A stretch of 24,944 bases of DNA, from the IMG/VR virus record IMGVR_UViG_3300028589_000045, positions 1 through 24,944 of that record. One strand, given 5' to 3'. The notes under the pieces are model-generated. The model saw only the letters and a program-made list of their open reading frames with translations. It was not told where the DNA came from and ran no database searches. Source of the DNA: a virus (taxonomy: Duplodnaviria > Caudoviricetes). Numbering within the stretch: position 1 is the first letter of the stretch; every line of letters starts with the position of its first letter. Of the stretch, positions 22,993-24,944 are shown piece by piece. A program made the translations under genes and the position numbers.

Positions 22993-24333
22993 TTAAAACG
23001 TCACCCACTCCTTCGGCTTCCGCAACTTCTCGACCGCGTAGCGCAGCGAGTCGATCACGTGGTTCTTCTTGTCCTCAAGCACAGGCATGACGATGTCCGT
23101 CTGCGGGTCCGTCTTATAGGAGTACATCGTCAGCTCTTCGATCGTCTTTTCGCAGCGCGGGTGGACCTTGATGTCGTAGCCCTGTAGGAAAATTACGCCT
23201 TCCTTGACCGAATCCTTGCCCTTGATCGCCGCCTCGAGCCTCGGGAACCCGTGGCGCTGCAGATAGGCAATCGTCTCAGGCCGGGCTGAGTCAGCTACGA
23301 CCGGCCACTCGCGACACCCGGGCACCTTGTCGAAGAGCGCCGGTATGTGGTCGATCTCGCAGCCTACCTGATATGCTTCGTAGTCGACGTAGAGCACCTT
23401 GCCGCGCGCGAAGCACCTGATCAGCACCGTCGGGTCGACGCTGTAGCCCCAATCCCCGCCGTAGTAAAACACCTCGTCATGCCGTAACTCCGGCCAATCC
23501 TTAACTTTCAACACCTCCCAATTCTTGAAGACCCGCGCCTCAGACTTCCGCTCGTAGCCGCCGAGCCACACATGGGCATATTTCTCAGGGTCGCGCGCCT
23601 GATCGCGTTTCACCTCTTTAAGCAATACCTTGGGAAAATGTGGATTTTCCTTATAGGAAGACCCGATGATGATCGCGTCGTCAACCGGCTGCCACGGCGG
23701 CAGCTCAGGACTCCGCGGAGCGTTGCCGCGGAACAGATTGTCGACAGGATCTTTCGGAAACCGTGGATTCCACGAGAACCAAATTTCCGAGTGTGTCCCG
23801 TCCGGATATTCCTTGCGGATCGTCGGTCTTAAAAGCTCTAGTGAACGTTCCGAGCATACTTGCGCCTCTTCAAACCACGCGCCATCAAACCCCTCTAAAG
23901 ACTTAATCGACTCCGAGGTGTGATTGTTCATCCCCTGAAAGATGATGCGGCCAGCGCCAGGCGTCTCGATGTGATTCATCATCACGCGGAAGTACCGGCC
24001 TACTTGATATTCTTCTATTTTGTCCTCAAGCAGCCGCTTAACAGACTCCTCCAACGTAGTTTGAAATTCACGTACGCAGACCCAGCGTGTCCCCGGCCGT
24101 TCGAGGGTCCTCGCTAGCAACAGCTCGGCAAACGTGTGGGATTTTGCCGAACCACGGCCGCCATACAGTCCTTTGTAACGTGCCGGCCGTAGGAGAGGCC
24201 TAAAAACCTCTGGAATTGTTTCGTTGTTGACGAGCTTCTGTTCTTGTCTGCGGCGAGACAACTCACGCTCGACGGCGAGCAGCTCGACTGAGATCTGCTC
24301 AAGCGACGGCGCCTGCTGAAGCCCAGACGTCAA
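22993..24333 (-). CDS. terL: Terminase large subunit, PBSX family
   Basis: Walker A 'YGGRGSAKS', Walker B 'AWFEEA', 'FSWNP', nuclease motifs 'GGDWGYSVDP' and 'DKKNHVIDSLRY'. Confidence 0.96.
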   Translation of the reverse strand: MTSGLQQAPSLEQISVELLAVERELSRRRQEQKLVNNETIPEVFRPLLRPARYKGLYGGRGSAKSHTFAELLLARTLERPGTRWVCVREFQTTLEESVKRLLEDKIEEYQVGRYFRVMMNHIETPGAGRIIFQGMNNHTSESIKSLEGFDGAWFEEAQVCSERSLELLRPTIRKEYPDGTHSEIWFSWNPRFPKDPVDNLFRGNAPRSPELPPWQPVDDAIIIGSSYKENPHFPKVLLKEVKRDQARDPEKYAHVWLGGYERKSEARVFKNWEVLKVKDWPELRHDEVFYYGGDWGYSVDPTVLIRCFARGKVLYVDYEAYQVGCEIDHIPALFDKVPGCREWPVVADSARPETIAYLQRHGFPRLEAAIKGKDSVKEGVIFLQGYDIKVHPRCEKTIEELTMYSYKTDPQTDIVMPVLEDKKNHVIDSLRYAVEKLRKPKEWVTF

Positions 24334-24734
24334 TGAACGCCCTCCGCCTCGAGGGGTTCCGAGGGTTCATCTTCGACTGGCTGCCCGGCCTGAGCCTTCC
24401 GCATCTTCCGCGCCAGAGAGACGAGGGCTAGAGCTCGCTCCTCAAGTTGCTCGACGGTCATGTTCTCGATTGCCGTTTTGTCTGTGACTTCTATCTTCTC
24501 GACGGGCTTGCCGCAGGCATACGCGTAGAACATCTGCTCGATTGAAGGTGGGAGGTCGTCCATCGTGATTCGTCGATAGACAGATTCGCGATACTCGCGG
24601 CTGCTCAAGACGCCTTGGCAGAAATCTTCCGCGCTCTGAGGGGTGATGTCAGGAGAGAACGACGACTCCGCTGGTGCATCCGCCTGCGGGTCTAGGACAC
24701 CGAGAAACTCGGCGAGAGATTGGACCTTTTCCAC
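24330..24734 (-). CDS. Probable terminase small subunit
   Basis: 134 aa; its stop overlaps the terL start; 'YACGKPVEKIEV...MTVEQLEER' is typical of small terminase C-termini. Assigned mostly by position. Confidence 0.6.
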   Translation of the reverse strand: MEKVQSLAEFLGVLDPQADAPAESSFSPDITPQSAEDFCQGVLSSREYRESVYRRITMDDLPPSIEQMFYAYACGKPVEKIEVTDKTAIENMTVEQLEERALALVSLARKMRKAQAGQPVEDEPSEPLEAEGVH

Positions 24735-24767
24735 CGGTAATTAGAAGGTAAAGCCAGCGGAAATGGC

Positions 24768-24935
24768 TGTAAAGTGTAATGATGTTAAAAGAAATGTACA
24801 ATTTTCGCTAGGTGTAATCCTTTCTTCGCGTTTCGGTCATCATCGCTTACAACTTCGCTTACAACGAATCGCGTGATTTCCGAGGCTGGGTGTACGCTTT
24901 GTCTTCTTGTAATACTTGTAATCTTTGTAATGTAA
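24768..24935. repeat. Cluster of TTGTAA/TTACAA repeats in an AT-rich noncoding region
   Basis: TCGCTTACAAC at 24843 and 24855; TTGTAAT at 24907, 24916, 24925; TGTAA at 24768, 24775, 24813, 24931. Confidence 0.75.
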
Positions 24936-24944
24936 GTATAAAGA

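Noticed and set aside
58-24117. Numerous plus-strand ORFs, some long (10902..12431, 9438..10496, 20909..21892)
   Set aside because: Antisense shadows of GC-rich minus-strand genes: Ser/Arg/Ala-biased, no recognisable motifs, fully overlapping well-supported genes.
1-24944. tRNA, rRNA, integrase, transposase or reverse transcriptase (DGR) explaining cassette variability
   Set aside because: None recognisable in this window; host and lifestyle cannot be determined from it.

Overview
The window is the virion morphogenesis operon of a GC-rich tailed (siphovirus-type) phage or prophage. Every credible gene is on the minus strand and most are translationally coupled. Order from the right end: AT-rich TTGTAA-repeat region, probable small terminase, PBSX-type large terminase, six micro-ORFs, DUF1073-type portal, a beta-rich protein, two multi-enzyme proteins, a MuF (SPP1 gp7-like) minor head protein, a DUF2213-type protease, scaffold, decoration protein, encapsulin-like HK97-fold major capsid, Ig-domain protein, head-tail genes with an embedded GT4 glycosyltransferase, tail tube, tail chaperone with a -1 frameshift, and a tape measure gene running off the left edge. 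The standout signal is a 23-aa peptide, LGGPGSG[HN][HF]GH[AE]GRPGE[VI]GGSA[PSA], always preceded by [RK]-x. It occurs 9 times in 5 head-region genes, with diverged synonymous codons. Each copy directly precedes a different cargo domain: four HGT-type (Tpt1/KptA-like) ART-fold domains, two R-S-E ADP-ribosyltransferases and three unknown domains. An untagged Acb1-like 2H phosphoesterase is also fused to the portal. I infer a modular system in which tagged effector domains are built into head proteins, cut out by the prohead protease at [RK]-x-L sites, and packaged or ejected as an anti-host arsenal. Family assignments come from motif recognition only; no database searches were run.
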